Shown: positions 1 through 11,721, counted from the stretch's first letter. The stretch is 64,000 bases of DNA from an uncultured Cytophagia bacterium (GCA_964399735.1 CAYNSO010000002.1:77440-141439), one strand, 5' to 3'. Program-made: numbers and translations. Notes: generated from the letters alone by a model not told the origin.

Positions 1-2940
1 ATATTACAAACTCCGTTATAAACCGGATTCGGGTAGCAATAGGCTTTTTTCTCCGGCAATAATCCTGCACCGGATATAACCCTGGCATGCGCGCCGGCAA
101 GGGCAAAAGTATTGGCCGAATTACCGCCATATTGTAACCACCTGGTTTCACTCCCGCTTTTCAAATCCAGGTTCCAGGCATACAGGCAACCATCACCACT
201 AAGGGTCAGACACTCCAGGTCATTATCCTTATCGATATCGAGCAACAAGGGCGTCGCGGCAATTCCTGTTCCGGCAGTTAATGGGAAACCCGCTATTGCA
301 CGCGTTTTACTGTTCACAGCCCGGATCATGCCGTCGGCGGCGGGAATAAAAATAACCGGGCCCAAAGAAGGCTCGCTTAATGATAACAGAGAAGGGGCAT
401 TGGCTTGTTCGCCGCCGTTAGCGTTAATCATTACCGGGAAATTGGTTGCTAAAAGTCCGTTATATTTAAGAGCATGCAAGTACTTGCCACTGGTGAACAG
501 TACTTCCGGCAAACCGTCGTTATCGGCATCACCAATCGCCGGGGGACTAGTGATAACCGCGCCGGCTAGTTTTCTGTAATATAAAAGTTCACTATTGTTA
601 TAAATTGCATAATCACCGCCGCTGCCAAGAACAATCGTTTCATATCTACCATTGCCATTGAAATCGGCATTGACAACATAATAGCGGGATGCGGAAAATG
701 GTAATAAAGCTTGCCAGATCGTTGTTAACGATAAATCCATGCCAACAAGCTGTCCATTCTTTGTAACTGCAATTATTACTGGCGCATTGGCAAGACTGGA
801 GAATTGACAGGCAAGTCCGCAAACAGCTCCGGATTGCAAATCAGTTTGTTGTTGAGAATATAACTCACCATTAACCTGCAGTTTAATCACTTGACCGTCC
901 GCAGCGCCGACAATGATAGCCGGAACTCCATTGCTGCCGTTAACGATCATTGGTCCTGCGGTCGGTTTGGCGATGATATTAGCGGTTGCAAACAGATCGG
1001 CACGACCATCCTGATTTGCATCGACTGTTTTCCAGATATTAATAATACCGCGGTTATCAGCAACAACCACTTTATCGCTGCCGTCGCCATCAAGATCGGC
1101 AATTGCAGGAGGCAGCAATACCGAATCTGTGCAAGAAGCAAATAAAGCATAATCGCGGGTTACCGCAGAACCATACACATCATGAACATCCTGTATTTCA
1201 TTATTGGCAATAATTTTTTCGCCATTATATTTCCATCCCAGTACATGGCCGGCCAGGGATACTGCAATAACGCCCTGCTCGTTGCCGGCAAGAGCGACTG
1301 GCTTAAGAGCGCCGCTGGCAAATCCGGTTCCGGCATATTGCGGAAATCCAGCCTGCGCCAGATCGGAGCGCAACGAAAATGTCATAACCGAGTCATTGGC
1401 GCTAATGTTGTAAAGATTGATATGGGTAATTGCGCCTTGATAACCATTGCTGTTGGGAACAGTTCGCGCTGAAAAAGCTACGGTATCGGCATCATTATTT
1501 ACAATTTTATGAGAAATATTACCGGACCAGAAAGGATCAAAATAATCACCAGATTCCGTACCGGAACCGGGTTCAAACATTCCATAATAATAACCGATAT
1601 CCTGTGCGCCATCGCATTCAACCAGATCTACACCGCGATGCTCACGGTTTTGGTTAACCTTATTGGAAGCCAGGTTTTCGGCAATAACATCTTCATCAAT
1701 ATGCCAGATCAGCAGCCCTGAACCAGGCAAGCCAAAATCATATTCATCAATCGAAGTAATAACCCGCATAGCAGCATCAACGACTACGCTGCCAAGGCTG
1801 TCGAATTGAGCGCGAGAGCCATCAATACCGCGTCCAAACGTAACTCCATCTTTATTATGATCTTTTTGCCGGTTTTCAACCAGAAAATATTCCCGGGCGG
1901 TGATCGGTATTTTATAAATATGCGGCGCCGATTTGGATTTGGAGTCGCCTATCCTGACATTTTCGCCGCTCGTAATCACCACGGGTTCTTCCCAACCCAT
2001 ATAAATTTTTGTCCAGGCGCAGGGTTCGGCAGGTATAAGGCCATAGAAATTATACGAGCCCTGATCCATCAACCCCCAACGACCGATTCCGGCGCTACCG
2101 TCGATGGTATTATACAGACTTGGCATTCCCAGTTGACTGCCCATTAGCAGGGTCATGGTGCCGAATAAACCCAATACCTGATCTTCCTGGTTTTGCATTT
2201 CCGGCAGAATGATTCCTTCTTTGATATAAACATTATTACCGACGTCGATGCCTTGATAGCCATCAAGGTCTTTGCCGAGTGTTTCCAGCAATGTTTCATA
2301 GTCAATAAATACGGATTGTATATCATAGGGAGTTGCATCGAAATCAAAAGCAAAATCACTGCCAACTCCGGCATGAAAAACAATAACAGCATCATAACGG
2401 GAAAAATCAGGATGATCTTGTTCCTTCGCCAATGTAATCACATCGCGCAATAATTCAGCCCAGCGTTGTTTCTTCAATTCATCATTTTCCTGGCCGCTAT
2501 AATATACCATATTTTGCGGCAGGTTATAGACTTGCAACTCAGCTTCAGGCAATACATCGGCTTCAATAATTAAACGGCCGCGTGAAACTTGTTTGAAATA
2601 ATTACTTAACCCCTGTAAATGCTGTTGAAAGTAGGCGCGATCATGCGGCGGGCGATCAATAACATAATTGCTGGTGGTGGAAAGATCAAACAAACCGTTG
2701 CCGGTAGTGGTTGCCAGGTTATCTTGTACAAATTCAGCCCGCAATGCCAGCACTCGTACAGTATCCGGCCTTGATAATAAAGAATTCTGTGTCACTCCAG
2801 TTTGATAATTATGAACAACCTGTAATGGGTCTATACTTGTTGCACGAGAATGAAACTGTGACGGGTTGGCGGCAAACGTGAGGATTGAAAATAATGAAAC
2901 AAAGCCGACAATGATTACAATTAGCAAATATTTTCGCATA
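1..2940 (-). CDS. T9SS-secreted FG-GAP/VCBS-repeat protein with N-terminal immune-inhibitor-A (M6)-like domain; partial, C-terminus continues beyond window start
   Basis: Continuous minus-strand reading frame from ATG at 2940 to position 1, absent from the ORF track because it has no stop in the window. Signal peptide MRKYLLIVIIVGFVSLFSILTFA. The central region GSAGIGRWGLMDQGSYN...PCAWTKIYMGWEEP matches the InhA/M6 pattern G.W.LM..GS...P..AW.K..GW, but the expected HExxH..LPDxYD is GTMTLLMGSQLGMPSLYNT. The distal half carries FG-GAP/VCBS repeats (DLDGDGSDKVVV, DFNGNGRYETIVLG, DADNDGLPEVLF). The last in-window residues CYPNPVYNGV look like the start of a T9SS C-terminal sorting domain. Confidence 0.7.
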
Positions 2941-3097
2941 CTGTTTTCCAGAGAAAAATGATAATATCATCCACCATACCGGAAACAATGTTAATTATTT
3001 TCCAGATGGATATGATCTGCCGGGTTTAAAAAATACAGATAATGTAAAGGTAAAGGCTTGCCATTTGGCAGTCCTTTACCTTTAACACAAAATCCTC

Positions 3098-4195
3098 TTA
3101 AAAGCCCAGTGTCAGGGAAAAACGCATGGTGTTAGACAGGGGGTGCCCCTCTGCTGCGTTTACATAACCAAAATCAAAACGATACATGTTGTATTGTATA
3201 CCGGCGCCAAAAGAAGTAAAGTTGACTTTGCCGGGTTCATCCCAATAATAACCGGCGCGCAAGGCAAAAAGATTGCTGTACCAGTATTCCACACCGCCGC
3301 TTAATATGCCGTTAAAAAGTTTCTTTTCGCCGGTAACTTTTTGATCGGCGCTGCCGATATTTTTAGTTTCTTTTTCCACAACAGTCCACGGCGAAGTAAA
3401 CAAAGCCTTGTACCATGAGTCTGAAGTGCCATCGGAGTATCTTTTAACCATGAGGTGGTTTAAATCGCCAACCAGGGTTAATTTATTATATTCATCTTCA
3501 ATAATTCTATAAGCAAAACCGATTTTGAGATTGGTCGGGATCGGGTCGGCCTGTGATGCGTCAATATAAGTAATTTTGGGGCCCAAATTGGAAAGATTGA
3601 CGCCAAGGCTTAATTTCTTTAAAAATGGAGTATGGTACAAGGCAGCCAGATCGAATGAAAACGCATTAGCCCGGCCATCGCCTTTTTCAGCGCCGGCGCC
3701 AATTGGCGACAAGTTGGAACGGATATAGCGTAAACCCAAACCAACCCCAAGATCTTCATTCAACTTGGTTCCAAAAGTACCGGAAATTGCAAATTCATTA
3801 CTGGTAAATTTATCAATTACTTCCGGGCCGGATTCCAATGTTACGCTTTGTTCGCCAAGATTTAAATAGGTAATATTGAAACCAACTGTACCAATACCTT
3901 CAAAAGATTGCCGGTACGCGCCAAATTCATAAAACAAGTCGGAACCAAATTGTGGCAGCCAGTTGGCATGCATTAGTGATATTTCCCGTCCCTGCTGAAA
4001 AGCCAAACCTGCAGGATTCCAGAAAACAGCAGTAGCATCATCGGCAAGAGCCACAAATGCTTCACCCATACCGGCAGCGCGGGCGCCGGGGGAAATCATT
4101 AAAAACAGCACGGCTGCCTCGCTTACTGCGTATACTTGTGCAAAAGAAAATAATAGCATAAATATACAAATTAAAGTAATAAACAGCTTTTTCAT
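3098..4195 (-). CDS. PorV/PorQ-family outer-membrane beta-barrel protein (type IX secretion associated)
   Basis: 365 aa with signal peptide and the signature SPGARAAGMGEAFVALADDATAVFWNPAGLA. Alternating beta-strand pattern ends in a C-terminal aromatic residue (TLGF). Stop lies next to a poly-A tract. Confidence 0.6.
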   Translation of the reverse strand: MKKLFITLICIFMLLFSFAQVYAVSEAAVLFLMISPGARAAGMGEAFVALADDATAVFWNPAGLAFQQGREISLMHANWLPQFGSDLFYEFGAYRQSFEGIGTVGFNITYLNLGEQSVTLESGPEVIDKFTSNEFAISGTFGTKLNEDLGVGLGLRYIRSNLSPIGAGAEKGDGRANAFSFDLAALYHTPFLKKLSLGVNLSNLGPKITYIDASQADPIPTNLKIGFAYRIIEDEYNKLTLVGDLNHLMVKRYSDGTSDSWYKALFTSPWTVVEKETKNIGSADQKVTGEKKLFNGILSGGVEYWYSNLFALRAGYYWDEPGKVNFTSFGAGIQYNMYRFDFGYVNAAEGHPLSNTMRFSLTLGF

Positions 4196-4519
4196 TATAA
4201 ATGCCTCCAGTTAAGTATAAAAAAAAATCCGAATGTGAGCAACGCTCCTGAAACAAGGAACTTACCCTCAGACATTCGGACATATCATTAGGTAAACCTT
4301 TACATCGTTAAAGTTATGCGTATATCAATTTAGTTAATATCCGCTGTTTTTATTTAATATACATCACAAAACTAAATAAAATCTTTAACGAACGTTTATA
4401 GGCTTACTCCTGTTAACAACTTTTAATTTAACAAACAAAATTACAAATTAATAAAAAAAGAGTCAAGTCTTTTTTATTAATACATTTAAACATTATTGCG
4501 CTTTCTTGAGCGCTAAAAA

Positions 4520-5881
4520 TTAAACTGCGGCTTGTCGCAAAAGTTCCTGCATGGATTTAATATAATAATCCAACTCTTCGCGGGTTCGCTTTTCAGTTAC
4601 AGTACATAGATAACAATTATCGAGCCGCAAAAATTTATCGCGCAAAGAAATTCCGGCAAATATCTTTTTTTTCAGCATCTGGTCGAGAATATTATCGACA
4701 GAATATTCAGGGGCAATTTCAATAACAAATTCTTTAAACCAGGGCTGGGCAAATTTTACCTTTAATCCTTCAATTGCAGATAACTGTTGCGCCAGGTAAT
4801 GACTTTTTTGCAGGCATAAATTGGCAACTGCCGGTAAACCGATTTTGCCCATCAACGACATATAAACCGTAGCAGCCAGTGCATTCAATCCTTGATTTGT
4901 ACAAATGTTCGAAGTTGCCTTTTCCCTGCGAATATGCTGTTCCCGGGTTTGCAATGTAAGCACATAGCCGGTTTTACCATTCTTGTCTTCAGTTTGACCT
5001 ACAATTCGTCCCGGCATAAAACGTACCAGTTCTTTTTTAACAGCGAACAAACCCAGGTATGGGCCGCCAAAACTGACAGGGTTGCCAAGCGCTTGTCCTT
5101 CTCCGGTTACAATATCGGCTCCATAAACGCCTGGCGGTTCCAAAATAGCCAAAGAAATGGGATCGTTGGAGGTGACGTACAATGCACCGTGCTTGTGAAC
5201 GAGTTCTGAAATCTCAAAAACTTGTTCAAGGCATCCGAAATAATTGGGGTGCTGAATGATTACTGCGGCAGTTTTTTCGGAAAGGTGTTTCTCCAGGTCT
5301 TGCAGATCCAAAACACCGTCTTGCCAATCAATTGTGCGAATGATTATTTCGCGCCCTTGAGTATAAGTTTTGATAACCTGCAAATAATTTGGATTAATCG
5401 TCGCTGCAACAAGGATTTCCTTGCGCCCGGTAAACCCGCAAGCTAACAACGCAGCTTCTGCCAGGGCTGAGCCGCCATCATATACGGAAGCGTTGGCAAC
5501 ATCCATACCGGTAAGCTCGCAAATCATGGTCTGGAATTCATAAATACATTGCAAGGTACCCTGGCTGACTTCAGGTTGATACGGCGTATATGCTGTGTAA
5601 AATTCAGGGCGTGAAATAATATGTTTAACAGCCGCAGGAATAAAATGATCATAAGCGCCGCCGCCTAAAAAACAGAGATTATCATCGCAATTGGCATTCT
5701 GTGCCGCCAAACCGCTTAAATGTTTCATCACTTCCATTTCGGATAATGGAGCCGGTAACTTTAATTCACCTTGAAACAATAGTTCGGCGGGGATATTACC
5801 GATCAAGTCAGTAAAAGAATGAATGCCAATTTTTTCAAACATTTCCTGTCGATCGGCTTGTGTATTGGGAACAAAACCCAT
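4520..5881 (-). CDS. gcvPA: glycine dehydrogenase (decarboxylating) subunit 1
   Basis: 453 aa. Characteristic GcvPA N-terminus (ADRQEMFEKIGI...GELKLPAPLSEMEVMKHL) and the PEVSQG...YEFQTMICELTGMDVANASVYDG region. Confidence 0.9.
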   Translation of the reverse strand: MGFVPNTQADRQEMFEKIGIHSFTDLIGNIPAELLFQGELKLPAPLSEMEVMKHLSGLAAQNANCDDNLCFLGGGAYDHFIPAAVKHIISRPEFYTAYTPYQPEVSQGTLQCIYEFQTMICELTGMDVANASVYDGGSALAEAALLACGFTGRKEILVAATINPNYLQVIKTYTQGREIIIRTIDWQDGVLDLQDLEKHLSEKTAAVIIQHPNYFGCLEQVFEISELVHKHGALYVTSNDPISLAILEPPGVYGADIVTGEGQALGNPVSFGGPYLGLFAVKKELVRFMPGRIVGQTEDKNGKTGYVLTLQTREQHIRREKATSNICTNQGLNALAATVYMSLMGKIGLPAVANLCLQKSHYLAQQLSAIEGLKVKFAQPWFKEFVIEIAPEYSVDNILDQMLKKKIFAGISLRDKFLRLDNCYLCTVTEKRTREELDYYIKSMQELLRQAAV

Positions 5882-5901
5882 AAAAACCTCAAATTTACAA
5901 A

Positions 5902-6279
5902 TTACTTGCTTTTATTTTTGTATGCTTCGGCGGTTAACAGATTATTTAATTCTGATTCTGCGGTCATTTTAATTTTAATCATCCAGCCTTCGCCATAGGG
6001 GTCCTTGTTTACAATTTCCGGTGCAGAATTAAGTTTGGAATTCACTTCAATAATGGTGCCGGAGACTGGCGCAAAAAGATCGGAAACCGCTTTAACAGCC
6101 TCGATCGTACCAAAAGCATCCATCTGGTTCACAGCTGTATTGGTTTGTGGCAATTCAATAAAAACAATATCGCCCAGTTCTCCCTGTGCGTAATCGGTAA
6201 TGCCGACTGTAACTGTGTCGCCATTTACAGCAACCCATTCATGTTCTTCGGTATACTTGAAATTTTCAGGAACAAGCAT
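5902..6279 (-). CDS. gcvH: glycine cleavage system H protein
   Basis: EHEWV...GITDYAQ...IEAVKAVSDLFAPVSG lipoyl-lysine region. The preferred start is the internal Met MLVPENFKY, which is preceded by AAGGAGGA. The ORF-track start at 6306 would overlap accC. Confidence 0.85.
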   Translation of the reverse strand: MLVPENFKYTEEHEWVAVNGDTVTVGITDYAQGELGDIVFIELPQTNTAVNQMDAFGTIEAVKAVSDLFAPVSGTIIEVNSKLNSAPEIVNKDPYGEGWMIKIKMTAESELNNLLTAEAYKNKSK

Positions 6280-6289
6280 GTTATCCTCC

Positions 6290-7636
6290 TTAAAAATTAA
6301 AATCAAAATTTTCCAGGAATTTAGTATTAAAATGTCCTGAACGAAAATCTTTATTGGTTAGTATTTTTTTATGTAACGGTATAGTTGTTGAAATTCCTTC
6401 TATAATAAATTCGTCCAGTGCGCGCATCATTCTGACGATTGCTTCTTCACGATCTTTGCCAAAAGTGATCAGCTTTGCAACAAGAGAATCATAAAATGGC
6501 GGAATGACATATTGATCATAAGCGTGAGTATCTACCCGCACACCCAAACCACCGGGGACATGAAAACTGGTAATTTTACCGGGCGAGGGGCGAAAATCTT
6601 TGGCCGGGTCTTCTGCATTAATACGGCATTCGATTGCATGACCGCGTAGTTTAAATTTTTTCATTTCCGGGTCGATTTTTTCATTGGCTGCCACCCGTAT
6701 TTGTTCTTTGATCAGATCAATACCAAACACCGATTCTGATACCGGATGCTCAACCTGAATTCTGGTATTCATTTCCATAAAATAAAAACGACCATCATCT
6801 TCCATAAGGAACTCGATGGTGCCGGCGCTGTTATAGCCAACTTTTTCAGCGCCTTTGATAGCGGCGGCATTCATTGCCTTGCGCACTTCGGGGGTTACAG
6901 CCGGTGAGGGCGATTCTTCAATCAATTTTTGATGTTTTCGTTGGATTGAACACTCGCGTTCGCCCAAAGAAATGATATTGCCATAATTATCACCCAACAG
7001 TTGAATTTCAATATGCCGCGGGTTTTCAAAATATTTTTCGATGTATAAACCGGGATTACTAAAAGCCGATTTCGCTTCAGCGCCGGCAGAGTTAAAGGCA
7101 TTGGAAAAATCATCGGCGTTACGAACCACGCGCATTCCCCTGCCGCCACCGCCAGCTGTGGCTTTAATAATTACCGGGTAGCCAATTTCAGTGGCTATTT
7201 TTAAGCCGGTTGTAATATCTTTAACTACGCCTTCAGAACCGGGAATTACCGGTACACCGGCGCTTTTCATAGTATCTTTGGCAAAAGATTTATCGCCCAT
7301 TTTGGTTATAACCTGAGGATCGGGGCCGATAAAACGTATATTACATGAATTACATACTTCGGCAAAATGAGCATTTTCAGCCAAAAAACCATACCCGGGG
7401 TGAATAGCGTCGGCATTGGTTATTTCGGCGGCGCTGATAAGATGCGGAATGTTTAAATAACTGGCGCTACTGGGCCCCGGACCAATACACACTGCGGTAT
7501 CGGCAAAATGGACATGCAAGCTATCGACATCCGGCTCACTATACACTGCCACTGTTTCAACATTTAATTCTTTACAGGCACGGATAATCCGTAACGCTAT
7601 TTCTCCCCTGTTGGCAATTAGTATTCTTTTAAACAA
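6290..7636 (-). CDS. accC: acetyl-CoA carboxylase biotin carboxylase subunit
   Basis: 448 aa. [25 protein letters not shown]..., ATP-grasp motifs and the [14 protein letters not shown] segment. Confidence 0.92.
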   Translation of the reverse strand: MFKRILIANRGEIALRIIRACKELNVETVAVYSEPDVDSLHVHFADTAVCIGPGPSSASYLNIPHLISAAEITNADAIHPGYGFLAENAHFAEVCNSCNIRFIGPDPQVITKMGDKSFAKDTMKSAGVPVIPGSEGVVKDITTGLKIATEIGYPVIIKATAGGGGRGMRVVRNADDFSNAFNSAGAEAKSAFSNPGLYIEKYFENPRHIEIQLLGDNYGNIISLGERECSIQRKHQKLIEESPSPAVTPEVRKAMNAAAIKGAEKVGYNSAGTIEFLMEDDGRFYFMEMNTRIQVEHPVSESVFGIDLIKEQIRVAANEKIDPEMKKFKLRGHAIECRINAEDPAKDFRPSPGKITSFHVPGGLGVRVDTHAYDQYVIPPFYDSLVAKLITFGKDREEAIVRMMRALDEFIIEGISTTIPLHKKILTNKDFRSGHFNTKFLENFDFNF

Positions 7637-7663
7637 AGCGATCCTTTTCGTTAATATATGCTA

Positions 7664-8128
7664 TTAAACAGGTTCAACCAGGAATAATGGCTGATTGTAT
7701 TCAACAGGTTGGGCGTTTTCGACAAGGATTTTTACAATTTTCCCTTTAATTTCAGCTTCAATTTCATTCATCAATTTCATCGCTTCGATAATACATAGTA
7801 TCTTGCCGGGAGTTATCACGTCGCCGTCTTTAACATAGGGTTCAGAATCCGGGGAAGGAGCTCGGTAAAATGTGCCAACCATTGGCGATTTAATTTCAAC
7901 CAAATTCGATTCTTTAACCGGCACAACAGGTGCGGATTCGATGATAATTCTTTCTGCCGGCGTATTAACAACTGGTCGTGGAGCCTCAACTGGTCCGGTA
8001 AAAGCAGCAACATGTGATGCTGCTTTGCTGATGCGTATTTTTCCCCACCACCACCTGGTTATTTCCAACTCGCCTACATTACTTGTTTCAATAATTTTAA
8101 CTAGTTCACGTATCTCTTTAGCCCGCAT
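7664..8128 (-). CDS. accB: acetyl-CoA carboxylase biotin carboxyl carrier protein
   Basis: 154 aa. C-terminal biotinyl domain with the EAMKLMNEIEA biotinylation motif and a Pro/Ala-rich linker. Sits upstream of accC. Confidence 0.9.
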   Translation of the reverse strand: MRAKEIRELVKIIETSNVGELEITRWWWGKIRISKAASHVAAFTGPVEAPRPVVNTPAERIIIESAPVVPVKESNLVEIKSPMVGTFYRAPSPDSEPYVKDGDVITPGKILCIIEAMKLMNEIEAEIKGKIVKILVENAQPVEYNQPLFLVEPV

Positions 8129-8157
8129 GCGCTCTCCTTTTGTTAGTTAAAAAGCGT

Positions 8158-8718
8158 TTACTTGACGCGTTCAACATAAATTCCGGTACGTGTATCTATC
8201 TTGAGAACATCGCCTTCTTCAATAAACAGCGGCACCTGAACGCTGCCTCCCGATTCCAGTACTGCACGCTTGGTTGCACCGGATACTGTGTCACCACGAA
8301 GACCAGGGTCAGTTGTAGTTACTTTTAAAATTACAAAGTTTGGTAATTCCGCGCCAATAGGTGTATCGCCATCCATCAAAATACTGATTGTCTCGCCATC
8401 CTTTAAATATTCATCGCCGCTTTGCAACAGATTAACGTCAAGTGATAATTGCTCATACGTTTCATTGTCCATACACATCAAAATATCACCTTCACGGTAT
8501 AAATACTGCATTGGCCGTCGTTCAACGCGCACATCTTCAACTTTTTCACCGGAACGGAAGGTTTTTTCCAAAACTTTGCCGGTTTGCAGGTTTTTCATCT
8601 TGGTACGGACAAATGCTCCCCCTCTACCCATTTTTACATGTTGAAATTCGACAATTGTAAACAGCTCACCATCAATTTTGATAATGAGACCGGAACGAAA
8701 ATCAGAAGTTGACGCCAT
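8158..8718 (-). CDS. efp: elongation factor P
   Basis: 186 aa. KMGRGGAFVRTKMKNLQTGKV... is a classic EF-P sequence. Conserved efp-accB-accC gene order. Confidence 0.92.
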   Translation of the reverse strand: MASTSDFRSGLIIKIDGELFTIVEFQHVKMGRGGAFVRTKMKNLQTGKVLEKTFRSGEKVEDVRVERRPMQYLYREGDILMCMDNETYEQLSLDVNLLQSGDEYLKDGETISILMDGDTPIGAELPNFVILKVTTTDPGLRGDTVSGATKRAVLESGGSVQVPLFIEEGDVLKIDTRTGIYVERVK

Positions 8719-8759
8719 ATAAAATTTATCCTTTATTTATTCATTGTTTTCAGTTTGTG

Positions 8760-10220
8760 TTAATTAACAGTTTCTTGCATTTGCATTAATTTTTGTTTTA
8801 GCAAGTTGTTTACAGTTTTGGGATTTGCTTTCCCTTGCGTTTCTTTCATGACCTGGCCCACTAAAAAGCCAAATAATTTTTCTTTTCCTTCAAGGTATGA
8901 ATTTACTTCATCCGGGTTGTTTACCAATACCGTTTCAATAATAATTTCAATTTCCCTGGAATCGGAAATTTGCTGCAACCCCTTTTTATTAACAATATCA
9001 GCCGGTTTTTCACCGGTTTGCAGACATTCTTCAAATACTGCTTTGCCGATTTTTAGATTGATTTTATGCTGTTCCAGCATTACCAGTATATCAGCTAAAT
9101 ATTGAGGAGTAATGCAGAGCTCTTTAATTGAACATCGCCGTTCATTCAAAGCCCTCATCACTTCACCCATAATCCAATTGCTGGCTGATTTTTTATCTTG
9201 AATGCCGGCTGCGGCTTGCTCAAAAAAATCCGCGATCTCGGGGTCTTCAGTTAACACCTGTGCATCATATTGGGGAAGTTTATATTGCTCAACAAAACGC
9301 GCCAGTTTAGCCGGAGGTAATTCGGGCATAGTCGCTTTGATCTGCTCCAGTTTCGCATCGGTTATTACAACCGGTAAAAGATCAGGCTCCGGGAAATAAC
9401 GGTAATCATGCGCATATTCTTTACTGCGCATGGGCTCAACCACATTTTTATTACTATTCCATAACAAGGTTTGCTGTTTGATAGCGCCGCCATCTTCAAG
9501 TATTGCAGTTTGTCGGCGAATTTCATATTCCAGCGCTTTTTCAACCGCGCTGATAGAATTCATATTCTTGAGTTCAGTTTTTACGCCCAGTTGTTGCTGA
9601 CCTGCGGGGCGCAACGAAAGGTTGGCATCGCAGCGCATGCTCCCTTCTTCCATATTTCCATCGCATATTCCCAAATAACGGACGAGCTGACGCAGTTTGG
9701 TTAAATAAGCGCCAACCTCACGTGTTGAGCGAAAATCCGGTTCGCTGACGATTTCTAGCAATGGAACACCGCAACGGTTAACGTCCACCAATGACTCGTC
9801 ATGGGCTACATAAGATTCTGTATGCATAGACTTGCCGGCATCTTCTTCAAGATGGATGCGGGTAAGGCCGATTCGTTTTACAGTGCTTCCTTCGATACAT
9901 ATTTCTACTGCCCCATGTTCACAAAAGGGCAACTCGTATTGTGATATTTGGTAGCCTTTGGGTAAATCCGGATAAAAATAATTCTTTCGTTCAATAATGG
10001 AACGTTTGTTTATTCGGCTATCTGTTGCAAGCGCCAGGAGTATGGCAAAATCAATAACTTTAGTATTTAAAACCGGCAACACCCCGGGCATACCCAAACA
10101 TATCGGGCAAACCTGGGAATTTGGCGCAGCCCCAAATTTAGCGCTGCATGAACAAAATATTTTTGACTCGGTTAATAAATGAATATGGACTTCAAGCCCG
10201 ATGACCGGCTCATAAATCAT
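8760..10220 (-). CDS. gatB: Asp-tRNA(Asn)/Glu-tRNA(Gln) amidotransferase subunit B
   Basis: 486 aa. MIYEPVIGLEVHIHL...CPICLGMPGVLPVLN is the GatB N-terminus. Start overlaps the gatA stop (ATGA). Confidence 0.92.
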   Translation of the reverse strand: MIYEPVIGLEVHIHLLTESKIFCSCSAKFGAAPNSQVCPICLGMPGVLPVLNTKVIDFAILLALATDSRINKRSIIERKNYFYPDLPKGYQISQYELPFCEHGAVEICIEGSTVKRIGLTRIHLEEDAGKSMHTESYVAHDESLVDVNRCGVPLLEIVSEPDFRSTREVGAYLTKLRQLVRYLGICDGNMEEGSMRCDANLSLRPAGQQQLGVKTELKNMNSISAVEKALEYEIRRQTAILEDGGAIKQQTLLWNSNKNVVEPMRSKEYAHDYRYFPEPDLLPVVITDAKLEQIKATMPELPPAKLARFVEQYKLPQYDAQVLTEDPEIADFFEQAAAGIQDKKSASNWIMGEVMRALNERRCSIKELCITPQYLADILVMLEQHKINLKIGKAVFEECLQTGEKPADIVNKKGLQQISDSREIEIIIETVLVNNPDEVNSYLEGKEKLFGFLVGQVMKETQGKANPKTVNNLLKQKLMQMQETVN

Positions 10221-11674
10221 AAACTATCCTGTTTGTTTATCATTATAGGATTATTTTTTTCCAGGAAACTGGCAAAACGCAGAATCATTTGTTCATCAAA
10301 AGCTTTGCCGGTTAACTGCACACCGATTGGTAAACCATTTTTATCCATGCCACAAGGTAGTGAAATACCCGGCAGCCCGGCCAGATTAAGGGAAACAGTA
10401 AACACATCGGATAAATACATTGTCAAAGGATCATCGACTTTTTCGTGCAGTTTAAATGCCGTTGTTGGCGAGGTAGGTGCAAGAAGACAATGCACAGACT
10501 TGAAAGCATTTTCAAAATCTTTTTTTATCAGGGTACGCACTTTTTGTGCTTTCCGGTAATAAGCATCATAATAACCACTGGACAGGACATAGGTGCCCAG
10601 CATAATTCTTCTTTTCACTTCATCGCCAAAACCATTTGTCCGGCTGTTGACATACATTTCATCCAGAGTGGCGGCATGCTCATCACGATAGCCATAGCGC
10701 ACGCCGTCGAAACGGGCCAGGTTTGCCGATGCTTCTGCAGTTGCAATGATATAATAGGCAGCAATTGCATATTCGGTATGTGGTAACGATACATTACATA
10801 TCTCGGCGCCGCCGTCTCGTAGCAACTGGATTGTTTTGTCAATAGCATTGCTGACATCCGGTTCCAGGCCGCTAATAAAATATTCATCGGGTATTCCAAC
10901 CCGTAAACCCTTTACATCTTGACCGGCAACGCTGGTATAATCCGGCACGAGTACATTTGCCGATGTAGAATCAAGTTCATCATATCCGGCCATAAAACGC
11001 AATAACAAAGCTGCATCAGCAACTGTTTTTGTGAGCGGGCCGATTTGATCCAGAGATGATGCATAAGCAACCATCCCAAAACGCGAAACCCGGCCATAAG
11101 TGGGCTTTAAACCTACTACCCCGCAAAAAGAAGCGGGTTGACGAATTGAACCACCGGTATCGGTACCAAGTGCAGCTGTACATAGATCTGCGGCTATGGC
11201 AGCAGCCGAACCGCCGGATGACCCGCCGGGGACCCGTGACAGATCGTGAGGATTTTTGACTGGTTTGAAATATGAATTTTCATTAGAAGAACCCATGCCA
11301 AATTCATCCAAATTTGTTTTACCAATGAAAATAGTATCCTGCGCCTCTAGTTTATTCAACACAGTCGCCTGGTAAGGGGGAATAAAATTTTCCAAAATTT
11401 TTGATCCACAGGTCGTACGGGTATTCTGCAAGACAAGCAAATCTTTAACACCAAGAACAAGGCCGGCCAACGCGCCGGCGGTTCCCTGTGCAATCTTTAT
11501 ATCGATCTCTTTTGCACGGGCAATTGCTTTGTCGGCAAATACAGAAATAAAAGCATTCAGTTCCTTTTTCTGTTCAATTTGTTGCAAATAAAACCGGGTA
11601 ATCTCCAGACAACTGATTTCACGTGCGATTAATAGTGAGCGTAAGCTGGAATAATCCAAACTATTTATATTCAA
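10217..11674 (-). CDS. gatA: Asp-tRNA(Asn)/Glu-tRNA(Gln) amidotransferase subunit A
   Basis: 485 aa. Amidase signature GGSSGGSAAAIAA...GTDTGGSIRQPASFCG. Confidence 0.92.
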   Translation of the reverse strand: MNINSLDYSSLRSLLIAREISCLEITRFYLQQIEQKKELNAFISVFADKAIARAKEIDIKIAQGTAGALAGLVLGVKDLLVLQNTRTTCGSKILENFIPPYQATVLNKLEAQDTIFIGKTNLDEFGMGSSNENSYFKPVKNPHDLSRVPGGSSGGSAAAIAADLCTAALGTDTGGSIRQPASFCGVVGLKPTYGRVSRFGMVAYASSLDQIGPLTKTVADAALLLRFMAGYDELDSTSANVLVPDYTSVAGQDVKGLRVGIPDEYFISGLEPDVSNAIDKTIQLLRDGGAEICNVSLPHTEYAIAAYYIIATAEASANLARFDGVRYGYRDEHAATLDEMYVNSRTNGFGDEVKRRIMLGTYVLSSGYYDAYYRKAQKVRTLIKKDFENAFKSVHCLLAPTSPTTAFKLHEKVDDPLTMYLSDVFTVSLNLAGLPGISLPCGMDKNGLPIGVQLTGKAFDEQMILRFASFLEKNNPIMINKQDSL

Positions 11675-11721
11675 AATTAAATCCTTTGTATGCTATGCGC
11701 TGATATTAAAGGTGAATGATT

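Noticed and set aside
112-2453. Multiple 60-155-aa ORFs in the six-frame track (112-579, 891-1145, 1182-1472, 1806-2147, 2153-2395, and others)
   Set aside because: All lie inside, and mostly antisense or out of frame to, the continuous minus-strand T9SS/FG-GAP protein frame (1-2940). They have low-complexity translations and no ribosome-binding sites.
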